From the IMG/VR virus record IMGVR_UViG_3300027749_000038: 64,000 nucleotides of DNA; one strand, 5' to 3'. The notes beneath the pieces are model-generated. The model made no database searches. It saw only the letters and a list, made by a program, of their open reading frames with translations, and was not told where the DNA came from. This stretch comes from a virus. Positions 27,387 to 37,156 of this stretch are shown here, piece by piece. The first letter of the stretch is position 1, and the number at the start of each line of letters is the position of its first letter. Position numbers and translations under genes: made by a program.

Positions 27387-28761
27387 TGTCCAGAGATTCT
27401 AAGGCTTTCAAGGTATCAGATATACTGCCTAGGTTGGAATTAGAACCTGGTAGATTGGTTCTCGGAAGTGCAAAAGAACTAGACACACTATCTGGATCTC
27501 TTAAGGTTAAAGTTGGATAATCAATTTCTAATACTGTATGACATTCTCGTGGTCCAAATCGGTTCTTGGTAATACCCATATGAATGATACCTAATTCAAA
27601 ATCCTCTTCTTCAGTCCAAATAGGAAACTGAGCATCTGCGGTGTGTGCTAATCCCATAGATTCGCTCATGGTTTCTAACCCCGGATTGGCTTCTCCATAA
27701 GCACTTCTATTGGTTTGTGTAGCTGATATCACCGGACAACTAAAGTAATAAGACAAAGCTCTAACCATTTCTGTAATGTCTTTTACAGCTTCATAAGAAT
27801 TCTTTCCACGTTCTGGAGGAGCTAGAAGATTGATGTAATCCAATACAATAGCATCCGGTTTAATACCCTTTCTGAATAGTCTTTCAATATAGGCTTTAAT
27901 CTGTAGTGGAGTTACCGACTTAGGAGGAAATTCCTTAATAATAAGTTTGGCTTCCTTGTGTTTTAATTTGTATCCATTCAAACAGTTTTTTAACGGTTCT
28001 ATTTGCATGGACAAATCATTCATTGGAATTTTGGATAATTGAGCCGAAATACGCTTAGCATATACTTGCTCAGACATTTCTAAAGAAATTAGAATGACAG
28101 TTTTGTTTTGGCTTAATATGTTGGTAGCAATGTTGCCCAGAAAGATAGATTTACCTACATTAGTAACTCCATAAAAGACATATAAAGCTCTTCCTTCGGT
28201 TAAAAACCCTCCTCCAATTCGCTCATCTAACCATTTCCATCCAGTGGAAATTGTCTTAGAGGTTTTTTGCAATTCTTTGCAGTGTGTGTCAATTTCTTCT
28301 AGATAATCAAACCCCCAATTTTCAATTAAATTAATATTACAAGCCTTTTCAAATTGTTCTAAAATTTTTGATGTATCTATCTCACCTGATTGAACTTCTA
28401 TAGAGGTTTTAAGAGCTGTGTTGTATACAGCCTTTTCTCTAAAAAATCTTTCTGTATTTTTAAGTAAAATTTCTTTGTCGTAATTCTTATCTATATCTGA
28501 AAAAGACATAGCAACTTCTTTAAGAGCTTGTCTTTTTTCTGGTTCTATCATGTGAACCTTGAGTTCTGTAATGTTAGGCGCTTTGTGATAGGCTCCGAAA
28601 TATAGAGCTAAAGATTCAAATACTGCTTTAATATTTTTTGTCTCAAAATAAGACGGTTTGACATGTTCTATGATAGCTTCTAGATAAGAAGAATCGGTCA
28701 ACGCATTATATATCATCAATTTTTCAAAGAGAATTAAATCGATCGGTAGAGAAGACTTCAT
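27379..28761 (-). CDS. gp41: Replicative DNA helicase (gp41/DnaB-like)
   Basis: Walker A GVTNVGKS, ISLEM, VLDYINL, SATQTNR, SESMGL and KNRFG. Confidence 0.95.
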   Translation of the reverse strand: MKSSLPIDLILFEKLMIYNALTDSSYLEAIIEHVKPSYFETKNIKAVFESLALYFGAYHKAPNITELKVHMIEPEKRQALKEVAMSFSDIDKNYDKEILLKNTERFFREKAVYNTALKTSIEVQSGEIDTSKILEQFEKACNINLIENWGFDYLEEIDTHCKELQKTSKTISTGWKWLDERIGGGFLTEGRALYVFYGVTNVGKSIFLGNIATNILSQNKTVILISLEMSEQVYAKRISAQLSKIPMNDLSMQIEPLKNCLNGYKLKHKEAKLIIKEFPPKSVTPLQIKAYIERLFRKGIKPDAIVLDYINLLAPPERGKNSYEAVKDITEMVRALSYYFSCPVISATQTNRSAYGEANPGLETMSESMGLAHTADAQFPIWTEEEDFELGIIHMGITKNRFGPRECHTVLEIDYPTLTLRDPDSVSSSFALPRTNLPGSNSNLGSISDTLKALESLDNE

Positions 28762-28767
28762 TTAAAA

Positions 28768-28796
28768 AGTATAAAGGCCATTGAAGGGAAGATCAA
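28768..28796 (-). promoter_or_regulatory. Sigma70-like promoter TTGATC-N17-TATACT, 6 nt before the helicase ATG
   Basis: Minus strand: TTGATC ttcccttcaatggcctt TATACT ttttaa ATG. Confidence 0.6.
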
Positions 28797-28806
28797 TGGC
28801 CTTTAT
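28771..28806 (-). terminator. Perfect 14-bp hairpin with U-rich tail (rho-independent terminator after queD)
   Basis: ataaaggccattga / 8-nt loop / tcaatggcctttat, followed by acttttt on the minus strand. Confidence 0.7.
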
Positions 28807-28825
28807 GGGGTTTATAATGTTAAAT

Positions 28826-29281
28826 TTACTCAGAATAAATTGCTGAATTCTCTGCATGCTCCCACACTTCTACTTTGTTTACCCAACAACGATCATGTGT
28901 AAGATCTCGAATAAATTTATTGGAGACCTTAAAACACCATTCTGCAGTTTTCTCAATACCAACTCCTTCCATGATACGAAGATCACACCCACCTGTATCA
29001 TGAATGGTCTTGAATATTGGCAGCAGAGGATCTGCAGAATCTATGCAAAGAGTGTGATCAAATTGTTCTTGTAGAATTTTTTTAAGATCTTTCAATCCTC
29101 CAAAATCTACAGACCAATTCTTGTCATCTAGCTCCTTACAGCCAAACCAAAGCTTGGCTTTTAATTGATATCCATGAATAAATTTACAATGAGAATTTGC
29201 TTTCCATTGTCTAAATGCACAGCTGCCCAATTCAATTACTTTGGTGGATTCAAATTGACTTTTTTCTAATAAAATACTCAT
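28826..29281 (-). CDS. queD: 6-carboxy-5,6,7,8-tetrahydropterin synthase (QueD)
   Basis: SCAFRQW..SHCKFIHGY, VDFG.LK, FDH and VWEH.ENSA. Confidence 0.92.
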   Translation of the reverse strand: MSILLEKSQFESTKVIELGSCAFRQWKANSHCKFIHGYQLKAKLWFGCKELDDKNWSVDFGGLKDLKKILQEQFDHTLCIDSADPLLPIFKTIHDTGGCDLRIMEGVGIEKTAEWCFKVSNKFIRDLTHDRCWVNKVEVWEHAENSAIYSE

Positions 29282-29284
29282 TTT

Positions 29285-30418
29285 TTATTCTTCTGTGGTC
29301 TCTTCGTCTTCTTCTATTTCTGGAGAAGTATCTTCTTTTTTATATTGCAATTCTTGTTGAAGCTTGTCTTCTAGAAGAGGAAGAATTTTATCCCAAATTT
29401 CTTCATTATCTCTCCATACCTTATAATATCCTAATTTGGTACCATCTGCCAAGGCAAATGTTGCTCCATTTTGAATTACAATACCATAACCAACAGCCAT
29501 GTCCAACAGACCAGAATACTTTGCCAATCCGGTCTTAAAGTTCAAATACATCTCTGTTTCCATGAAAGGAGGTACTACTCGATTCTTGGTTGTAAGAGCT
29601 CGAAGAGTTACACCGTTGATGTCTTTAGACATCGGTGAAGTATCTTCCACAGCATCCCGACTACCAGAAGACCCTCCACTGGTTTTTTCATTCTTTACAG
29701 ACATCTGTACAAGCACAGAAGACATATACAAAGGACCAGAACCACCAGACTGTTGCTTGACCAAAGATGGAAACATGGCAGCTGGGTTGTCGTAGACATG
29801 ATTGGAAAAAAGAATGGGTACATCTGCTTTAGCTGCTTTATGAGTTAATACTCTTAACATACTCTTCAATCCCTTGGCTCTAGTTCCCATGTCCATGGCT
29901 TCCTTGCCAGCAGCAACGTCTGCCATTTCTTTTGTAGAAACAAGATTACCAAGTGAATCAATGGAGATAATAAATTGACCATTTAATTTTTTAGCAATTA
30001 CAGAATCTAAGAATTGGCTAATTTGGTTACGACATTGTTCTACAGTTTCAACCGGACAATATTTTACCTTGGAGGTATCCATGCCCATATTCGTAGCACT
30101 TTTATCATCTACAGCATTTTCTGTATCAAAAATAACTACATAGCGACCAGCTTTTTGAGCATTAGCTAAAATACGATTAATGATATAGGTTTTACCACAA
30201 GAGGTAGGACCACTAAAACCAATAATACGACCAGAAGGGACTCCCCCTTTTTTGAGGGAGCCACTAATGATTGCATTAAGAGCCATAGAGCCAGTATCGA
30301 TAAAAGAACTAATATTGGAAAGAGCAGATTCATTGAGGAATGTTGCATCGGGATTAAGGTCATCTAAAACCTTAAACGCAGCTGCTACATCCGGATTACT
30401 AAGCTTCTTTTTAGACAT
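29285..30418 (-). CDS. uvsX: RecA-like recombinase UvsX
   Basis: IDTGS.ALN.I.SG, GPTSCGKT, FDTENA, IDSLGNL and SNHVY. Confidence 0.93.
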   Translation of the reverse strand: MSKKKLSNPDVAAAFKVLDDLNPDATFLNESALSNISSFIDTGSMALNAIISGSLKKGGVPSGRIIGFSGPTSCGKTYIINRILANAQKAGRYVVIFDTENAVDDKSATNMGMDTSKVKYCPVETVEQCRNQISQFLDSVIAKKLNGQFIISIDSLGNLVSTKEMADVAAGKEAMDMGTRAKGLKSMLRVLTHKAAKADVPILFSNHVYDNPAAMFPSLVKQQSGGSGPLYMSSVLVQMSVKNEKTSGGSSGSRDAVEDTSPMSKDINGVTLRALTTKNRVVPPFMETEMYLNFKTGLAKYSGLLDMAVGYGIVIQNGATFALADGTKLGYYKVWRDNEEIWDKILPLLEDKLQQELQYKKEDTSPEIEEDEETTEE

Positions 30419-30419
30419 A

Positions 30420-30803
30420 TTATTCTTCAAATAGATTAATTACTGGAGAATTGTTTTGTTGCTGAGGAGTTGGCTGACCTTGTGGAGGTACAAAAGTATT
30501 CGCTGGATTAAACATTTGCAAATACTGAGCTTGAAGGCGAAAATCTAAAGCAGAAATACTGGTGGGTGTAATTTGATTTGTATGATAGTCAAAGATTACA
30601 GCTTCTGATTTATCTGCCAGGAATTCTTTAAAAAATGTAGGAAAGAGCTGAATAGACAAACGTCCATCCTTTTCTGGAACAACATTCAAAATTACAGGGT
30701 TTTTTACTCTCCAGGTAGTGTCTGTTTTTTCTACCAATTCTCCGACGATAGTGCGTCCCACGAAGTCGAGGAACACGGTGATGTTATTGTTGGTTTCACT
30801 CAT
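30420..30803 (-). CDS. Hypothetical protein (possible Sm-like fold)
   Basis: 127-aa ORF, GRTIVGEL..WRVKNPVIL. Confidence 0.5.
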   Translation of the reverse strand: MSETNNNITVFLDFVGRTIVGELVEKTDTTWRVKNPVILNVVPEKDGRLSIQLFPTFFKEFLADKSEAVIFDYHTNQITPTSISALDFRLQAQYLQMFNPANTFVPPQGQPTPQQQNNSPVINLFEE

Positions 30804-30828
30804 ATGATTGATTTATACTAAACTAATT

Positions 30829-31590
30829 TTACTGGTTTTCAACTTTTTGTTTTTTAATTTTTGTTTGTTTTGGTTTAAAGTTTTCTTCGTGTGTTTTTTT
30901 AATCTCTTCTGTTAAATTTTCTATTGCCTCTACATTTACTGGAGTTAATGCAGCAGCAATAAATGGAAACATATCAAAGAAAATTTCTTTGATTTTTTCA
31001 GCAATTTCACGATGTTCTTGTTGAGTATCTGATTTGGTTCTCAACAAGATATAATGAATCCAAGACCTCACAGAACCGGTCATATACAAGACTGTCTGAG
31101 TACATAAAGGAAGTACCTTTCGAGCACTTTCTCTAGCCGCACCCTTTTCTAACATCCAGGTATATAATTCTACACTATCTAACAAATGTTTACGTATTCT
31201 TTCATTTTCTTGTGGCTCTAAGTCTAAAATTTCTGTACTAGATTGTCTATTTTTATCAGCTTGTTTGCGAACATCAAAAGATTCTAATCCAAACGCAGGA
31301 CTATATCTTTGGCTAAATTCTTGAAAGGCAAAACTTTTGTGTCTAATAATTTGAGCAGAGATATCTCTGCTAGTTTGGATTTCAAATGTCACCGAACATT
31401 GTTCAAAGATAGACCAATGTTCATGATCTATGCAATATTTTAACAACTTTGGAGCTGTATCTAAATTTAATTGGTTGTCTGGATTGGATACGCGAGCACA
31501 ATATACGATAAATTCTTCTGCGGTTAAGAATCGTAAATTATCTTCGGTGCGAACTAATGGCTGGGTTATTGCTTGTAAGGTTACTTTCAT
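30829..31590 (-). CDS. thyX: FAD-dependent thymidylate synthase ThyX
   Basis: ARVS, EHWSIFE, RHKSFAFQEFSQRY, ARESARKVLP and Q.EHR. Confidence 0.95.
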   Translation of the reverse strand: MKVTLQAITQPLVRTEDNLRFLTAEEFIVYCARVSNPDNQLNLDTAPKLLKYCIDHEHWSIFEQCSVTFEIQTSRDISAQIIRHKSFAFQEFSQRYSPAFGLESFDVRKQADKNRQSSTEILDLEPQENERIRKHLLDSVELYTWMLEKGAARESARKVLPLCTQTVLYMTGSVRSWIHYILLRTKSDTQQEHREIAEKIKEIFFDMFPFIAAALTPVNVEAIENLTEEIKKTHEENFKPKQTKIKKQKVENQ

Positions 31591-32435
31591 AGTAGTGTGG
31601 AAAAAAGTTCTATATTTTCTTTAATTAATATTCTTTGAACAAGGTCAACTTCTGCATCATATACATCTACCATCTTGTTATGAATTTTGCTGTAAGTTGA
31701 TTCTATATTTTTATAAGATTTACCAAAAAATCCGGTCATAACTGGATGAGATGTATCAATGCTTTCCACTCCTTCAAAATGTGTTTCAAATTCTGTAGGA
31801 ATACCACAACCTAATAAATGATGTGGTTTGTTTTTATTCCACACTCCTCTGGAGATTAAACTTTTTATCAAATGATTTCTTCCACTAGCATATGAGGTTG
31901 GTTTGGCTACTGTTTTTTCAAACTCTAGTGTATATTCTGTATCTTTCCAGTAGGGATTATCTTTCCAATCTTCTGAATGGTTATCCCAAAAATAATCATA
32001 CCCAAAACTTACAGCAATCTTATCACATTCTTTTTCCATAAATTGATATGCATTTATAAATTCTCTATAGGTTCTTCCTTGTAAGACACCTATGCGTTTG
32101 CCTTTTAATTTAGTAAGGTCAAATAATTCTGAAAATGCTTTAAACGATCTTAGATTGTCTTCATAATCTTGCCATACATCAGGAACAATGTATTCATCTG
32201 GCTGAATTTCTTTAATCCAATTGTAATACAATTCTGGATTAAACGCATGTCCAAGTTCAAACAAGCTACAATCCATAATGATGTATCGTCCCTTTTCTTT
32301 AGCTTCTCTAAAGTATTCTAGGTATTTGGGATCTTCTTCCAAGAGATGTACGAGACAGTAATCATAGTCTGTCATTTGCTGTACCTCTCTCATAATCATA
32401 TAAGGAGCTTCATGAGCAATTAATGGTTTTTTCAT
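31587..32435 (-). CDS. Guanine transglycosylase-like protein (TGT fold; candidate DNA 7-deazaguanine insertase DpdA)
   Basis: IMDCSLFE, PDVW, GVLQG, HHLLG and SIDTS match TGT/DpdA barrel motifs; sits directly downstream of the DNA polymerase. Confidence 0.72.
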   Translation of the reverse strand: MKKPLIAHEAPYMIMREVQQMTDYDYCLVHLLEEDPKYLEYFREAKEKGRYIIMDCSLFELGHAFNPELYYNWIKEIQPDEYIVPDVWQDYEDNLRSFKAFSELFDLTKLKGKRIGVLQGRTYREFINAYQFMEKECDKIAVSFGYDYFWDNHSEDWKDNPYWKDTEYTLEFEKTVAKPTSYASGRNHLIKSLISRGVWNKNKPHHLLGCGIPTEFETHFEGVESIDTSHPVMTGFFGKSYKNIESTYSKIHNKMVDVYDAEVDLVQRILIKENIELFSTLL

Positions 32436-32442
32436 AAAAATA

Positions 32443-35013
32443 TTATTGGAAAAGATCAAATAAATCTGTTTGAACCTCTCTGCCTGGTGTTGGTAAAATC
32501 CAACCTACTCCATCATAGAACCGTTGAATAGGTGGTGCAAGTATTTTTTCAAACATAAATTGGTAATTCAATCCAACTACTTCTTTCAGTTCTGGAGGAT
32601 AACTTTCATTAAATCCCATCACTTTATAATTGTAATTGTTACGCGAAGTATAAAAGTATTTGATCTTTCTTCCACTACCAATTGGTTCATACTTGTGTTC
32701 CAATTTTAATTTCTTAAGAAGATTGTTATAACTAATACCAGCTTTAGGTCCAATAGGTGTACCTTTACCAGTCTGCCCCATCTCTCCTATCCGAGCCTCA
32801 TACTTTTCATAATCTGAAATTTTACTGCGAATCGAAGCATCTTCTATTTTAAAAGTACAAAATTCATCATAAGCCTTGCGAAAGATTTCATCTGCTTTCT
32901 TTTTATCTTGAGCTAACATCGCATTTTCAATCACTTGCATGATTAAATTTTTAACTGGCCGAGAAATAGTGGAGCGAGCCACCTCTACTCCTACATACTT
33001 GAAAGGTTTCTTAGGAATCTTGCCTTCTTGTTCTATAACATGTAGGATATATCTCTTCTTTTCTTGAAAGAACGCTACATCACATACAGCTTCTTGCTTG
33101 AATACAAAGCGTGGATCTATGGATTTGAGTTCTGCTGCTGCCCATTCAATAATTCTATCATTGAGGTATACATCAATCTCCGCCAAAACCTCTCGAGCTT
33201 TAGATGTAAGCCTATTGTTTTCTAAAAGTTTAGCATTTAATTTAGACAAAATTGGAGCAATGCTGAAGTAACAGCTATCCGTGTCACCATAAATGTATAT
33301 TTTTTTCTTATCTTCTGTAACTCCTTTGTCTTTTGCAAATTGATATGCGATCTCTGATGCTTGTTTTGCTACTGCTTGGCCTGTCAATGTGATGCTGGCC
33401 GAGTGATCTATGTCAAATAGAGGAGAATATTTCTGAGCAAATACTCCATAGATAGAGTTTAGAATTAACTTTAACACATTTTGAATAGTATCTAAGTTTA
33501 AGATCTCGGCTTCTAATTCTATTTTAGCATTTGGATCCGATGTTTCATTTACTTGATCCATTAATTTAGATACCATTGCTCTAATAGAAACACGTTCTCC
33601 GTAAACTCTGTTAATTAAATTAGGTACAACACCTTTAAACTTTTGAGTATAGAGGACATTATACTTTGATATGGCTAATTGTTCTTTTTGGACAAGCTTA
33701 TCAAACTTTTCTTTGTCTATGGTTATGGTTTTTTCGTTTGCTAGGCGAATAGTATACTCTCCACCAACCACTTCAATAATGCGACCTATTTTAGTTTCTG
33801 GTGAAATGTTAAGAGTGATGATTGTATTTGGATACAAACTGTTTGCATCATAACTGACTACGGCATTACTTAAACCTCTTTCTGGTTCGTGTACATATCC
33901 ACCTACATATTCATCTCTCAAGCCATCATTCTTGAAGGTAGGAATTCTATAACCCTGTATTACTGCTTGATGAGCCACTGCTCCTGTGATCATAGACACC
34001 TTACCCAATGATTGTTCAAATGGGATGAATCCTTTATAGGAAAGGGCTCTAATCAATTTAATGAATTTAAGCTTTTCATCCAATTTAACCAGCAATTTAA
34101 CGTCCTGAATGTTGTAATCTACAAACAATTCCCAATTTTCTTCTGACAGACTTGCTAGGTTTTGACCACCTACATCTGTTTTCCCTTCACCTAATTCATG
34201 TTCCCCGATGTAATTCAATGAATAAGATTCTCTATCTCCACGGGAAAATGTCTTATACACTTCCATATAATCAATGTTACTAACGCCTCGGATGTACCAT
34301 CTATTAATCATCTTCCCGAACTTATTCATCGCTACGTTTTCCCTATAGTAGATAGAATTGACTGGTGACATTCTGCTTGTCTCCTCTTCACCCAAGAGAT
34401 TCCCTAGTCGATTCATGATGTAAGGAACATCAAATCCCTCTCCATTCCAGGTAGCTAACACATCTGGATGGTCTGATGACCAAAAATTTAGGAACTTTTG
34501 TAATAGATCCCGCTCACTTTTACACTGAACATAGGTAACATTGCTGTCTTTTGGTTTGTAAGGACCTGTGCCCCACGAGTAATAATGGTTGGAAAGTGAA
34601 TCACATAGGGTGATTAGATTGATTGGGTCCTCTGGATTGTGTGGATCCGGCATTCTATCTGGACTATACGTCTCAATATCCAGCCAAAAGACCTTCAGAG
34701 AGCGATGTAATGCCTCAGGTTTGTGTAGTTCATCCTTAAATGTGGTTAAAAGAAAGTCTTGTTCACAACTTAGGTTATGAAATAGGCGCTTAATTGGTGT
34801 TTCATTAACGAAACGGTTGCGATCAAACTGATTTTTGAACTTAATTTTCTTCAAAGGTGTATTAAAAATAGAAATAGCGTCTACTCCTGACGTGGATTCT
34901 ACATAAAGATATGGTTCATAGCTAGATTCTATCTTAATTCTCTTACCATTTTCATCCCAAGTCCATAAATGGACAGCTTGTCTAGCAGAATCATAAAAGA
35001 CATTTCGATACAT
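32443..35013 (-). CDS. gp43: Family B DNA polymerase (gp43-like)
   Basis: LDIET, WNGEGFDVPY, YNIQD, YDANSLYP, KLILNSIYG and YGDTDS. Confidence 0.97.
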   Translation of the reverse strand: MYRNVFYDSARQAVHLWTWDENGKRIKIESSYEPYLYVESTSGVDAISIFNTPLKKIKFKNQFDRNRFVNETPIKRLFHNLSCEQDFLLTTFKDELHKPEALHRSLKVFWLDIETYSPDRMPDPHNPEDPINLITLCDSLSNHYYSWGTGPYKPKDSNVTYVQCKSERDLLQKFLNFWSSDHPDVLATWNGEGFDVPYIMNRLGNLLGEEETSRMSPVNSIYYRENVAMNKFGKMINRWYIRGVSNIDYMEVYKTFSRGDRESYSLNYIGEHELGEGKTDVGGQNLASLSEENWELFVDYNIQDVKLLVKLDEKLKFIKLIRALSYKGFIPFEQSLGKVSMITGAVAHQAVIQGYRIPTFKNDGLRDEYVGGYVHEPERGLSNAVVSYDANSLYPNTIITLNISPETKIGRIIEVVGGEYTIRLANEKTITIDKEKFDKLVQKEQLAISKYNVLYTQKFKGVVPNLINRVYGERVSIRAMVSKLMDQVNETSDPNAKIELEAEILNLDTIQNVLKLILNSIYGVFAQKYSPLFDIDHSASITLTGQAVAKQASEIAYQFAKDKGVTEDKKKIYIYGDTDSCYFSIAPILSKLNAKLLENNRLTSKAREVLAEIDVYLNDRIIEWAAAELKSIDPRFVFKQEAVCDVAFFQEKKRYILHVIEQEGKIPKKPFKYVGVEVARSTISRPVKNLIMQVIENAMLAQDKKKADEIFRKAYDEFCTFKIEDASIRSKISDYEKYEARIGEMGQTGKGTPIGPKAGISYNNLLKKLKLEHKYEPIGSGRKIKYFYTSRNNYNYKVMGFNESYPPELKEVVGLNYQFMFEKILAPPIQRFYDGVGWILPTPGREVQTDLFDLFQ

Positions 35014-35056
35014 GCTTATATTTTCTCAGTTTTCAGTGAGGAAATCAAGTTAATTT

Positions 35057-36367
35057 CTACAATTTTTGATCTGGATTCAATCTAATGAGCTCTGGAGACT
35101 TGAGTTGGCGCTCTTTGCTGCCCCAAGGTGTAAAATATATAGCTTCATAGCAGTCTAAATGATCTTCTAGCCATAATTTATCTGTAAACTGATAAAGATT
35201 AGAAGACAATTTCATATATCTATCAAAATCAGACGTAATATATTCTAATTGATTGATAAGATCTGTACCAGATTTGAATTTTACCTCTGCATCCCCGTAG
35301 GTACACAGGTCTTGGAAGACTCCTGGCATACCAAGAGCACCAGATTCAATCATTTTAATATTACTCTTAGATTTATTAAAGATATTATCTTGTAAAGGAG
35401 CAAAAGTAGCATTACAACCAGCATCATATTGAGCTTGAGGCAAATCAAAAAGAGGAGTCCATCCTAAAAATTCCATTTCTCCATTATCAATAAAGGGTTT
35501 GACTGCTAACGGATAGGTACCCTTCCAAACAAATTTAAACTTTTTACGAGCTTTAATAATTTCCTGAACCACATGTTCAAAATCATCCTTGAAGCCGGTT
35601 TTGTTGATCATATCTACATGAGTTCCAGACCCAGAATACAAAATACGAGGTCTCTTTTTATGTTGATCATATAATCTAGCAATTCTTTCTGGATTGTAAA
35701 GTCTGCCTAACCAAGACTTTGGTGCATAATTGGGTATGACTGTAATATTTTTGAGTCCAGTCTTCTCCATATAATAATCTTTCATGAATTGACAAGTAAC
35801 GGTCATTTCATCCATATGACTTAATATACGCAGGATAGTGTCTTCGGTTTCTTTGGAGGCAAAGGCTTCTTTGCATCTATTGTAATCTGGAATATCATTC
35901 CTAAAAACAATATCATCTACCTCATACAGCATGCGGTAGCCCATATCTTTTTGAGATTTTTTCAATTCGACAATGAATTGTTCTTGAATTGGGGTGGCTT
36001 GGCGTTGGAATCTAATAGATTTAATACCTTGATAAAACCTTATATCCAAAACCATGCTAGTTAAACCAGAAATACTAGCTTTTTGATAAGCATTTAAAGC
36101 AACTTCTGGCCAAACCATTCTCCAGAATCCACAACCACCGTAATCAGCATAATAATTTAATGCTCTTGGAGTAGATGCTTCCGGCATTTCTACTGCCGGC
36201 GCTGATGGAACATGAATGGGGGTCAATAGTATATAACGATAAACTGGTAAAAATTGTTTAGGAACACCTACTGGCAAATTGGGTATGCCTCCTAAGATTA
36301 CATTGTACTGATAAATGATAGAATCTTTAGATATTACATCTGTTTGATTTTTAATTTTTAAAGCCAT
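35057..36367 (-). CDS. GT-B fold glycosyltransferase (GT4-like)
   Basis: GGCGFWRM..P, YEVDD, VIPN, YSGSGTH, APL..NIFN.SKSNIKMIE.GA.G.P. Confidence 0.8.
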   Translation of the reverse strand: MALKIKNQTDVISKDSIIYQYNVILGGIPNLPVGVPKQFLPVYRYILLTPIHVPSAPAVEMPEASTPRALNYYADYGGCGFWRMVWPEVALNAYQKASISGLTSMVLDIRFYQGIKSIRFQRQATPIQEQFIVELKKSQKDMGYRMLYEVDDIVFRNDIPDYNRCKEAFASKETEDTILRILSHMDEMTVTCQFMKDYYMEKTGLKNITVIPNYAPKSWLGRLYNPERIARLYDQHKKRPRILYSGSGTHVDMINKTGFKDDFEHVVQEIIKARKKFKFVWKGTYPLAVKPFIDNGEMEFLGWTPLFDLPQAQYDAGCNATFAPLQDNIFNKSKSNIKMIESGALGMPGVFQDLCTYGDAEVKFKSGTDLINQLEYITSDFDRYMKLSSNLYQFTDKLWLEDHLDCYEAIYFTPWGSKERQLKSPELIRLNPDQKL

Positions 36368-36399
36368 TGAAATATATAGTTAAGATAATAAAAAATCAC

Positions 36400-37152
36400 T
36401 TATACCTTTAAGGCTTTATCCCAAATTACTAACTGAAGTCTTGGTGAAAAATTAAAACCATGTTCCTTGGCTAACTCTGCTACATATGCTGCTCTCTCTA
36501 CATGTTCTTTTCGAGAACCTGCACATACCATAAGCCATACATTGCTTGGATGTATATAAAATTCTTTAGAATTAATGTAATTTTCAAACAATTCATCCAT
36601 GTCTTCTTTGGAATTAACTACAAACTTAAAACAAGAATTGTGTTTAGCATGCCAATCTAAAACTTCTGGTTGATACCTTCTTTCTTTCGGGTCTCCATTG
36701 TTAGATAACTTCGGCGATACTGTAAAGGATGCTTCGTAGGTATCATACCAAGTATCATTAGGTTTAATGGTGCCGTTAGTTTCAAAATCAATAGCTGGAA
36801 TTTGTTTATAACGACTGACAAATTCTTCTACAAAATCTAATAGTGGTTCTTGACGTAAGAAAGGTTCTCCACCGGTCAACTTCCAGATATCTCCTCTTAA
36901 AAGCTTCTCAACAAGACCATTTTCTTCATAAAATTTAAAGATATCTTCAAATGTCCATTTGTTTTTCTGGGACCATGAGATAAAAGAATCACAACCCCAA
37001 GGAGAATCAGGAGTAGCCCAACCTTTACACGTTAAATTACATCCAAATAAACGCAAGAAGATACTAGGTTTTCCGATTAATCGGCCTTCTCCTTCAATGG
37101 TGTGAAATCCAGGACCATCATCACTAATCAATAGGTAATTGTTTTCTGTCAT
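36400..37152 (-). CDS. queE: 7-carboxy-7-deazaguanine synthase QueE (radical SAM)
   Basis: TIEGEG..G.PSIFLRL.GC, TGGEP, ETNGT, VSPKL, KFVV and SPRLQ; CX3CX11C cluster motif. Confidence 0.9.
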   Translation of the reverse strand: MTENNYLLISDDGPGFHTIEGEGRLIGKPSIFLRLFGCNLTCKGWATPDSPWGCDSFISWSQKNKWTFEDIFKFYEENGLVEKLLRGDIWKLTGGEPFLRQEPLLDFVEEFVSRYKQIPAIDFETNGTIKPNDTWYDTYEASFTVSPKLSNNGDPKERRYQPEVLDWHAKHNSCFKFVVNSKEDMDELFENYINSKEFYIHPSNVWLMVCAGSRKEHVERAAYVAELAKEHGFNFSPRLQLVIWDKALKV

Positions 37153-37156
37153 AATA

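Noticed and set aside
30829-31590. T4-type glucosyl-hmC or hmU pathway
   Set aside because: The thymidylate synthase here is ThyX, not a ThyA-like hydroxymethylase, and no TET/JBP gene is in the window. Such genes could lie elsewhere in the genome.
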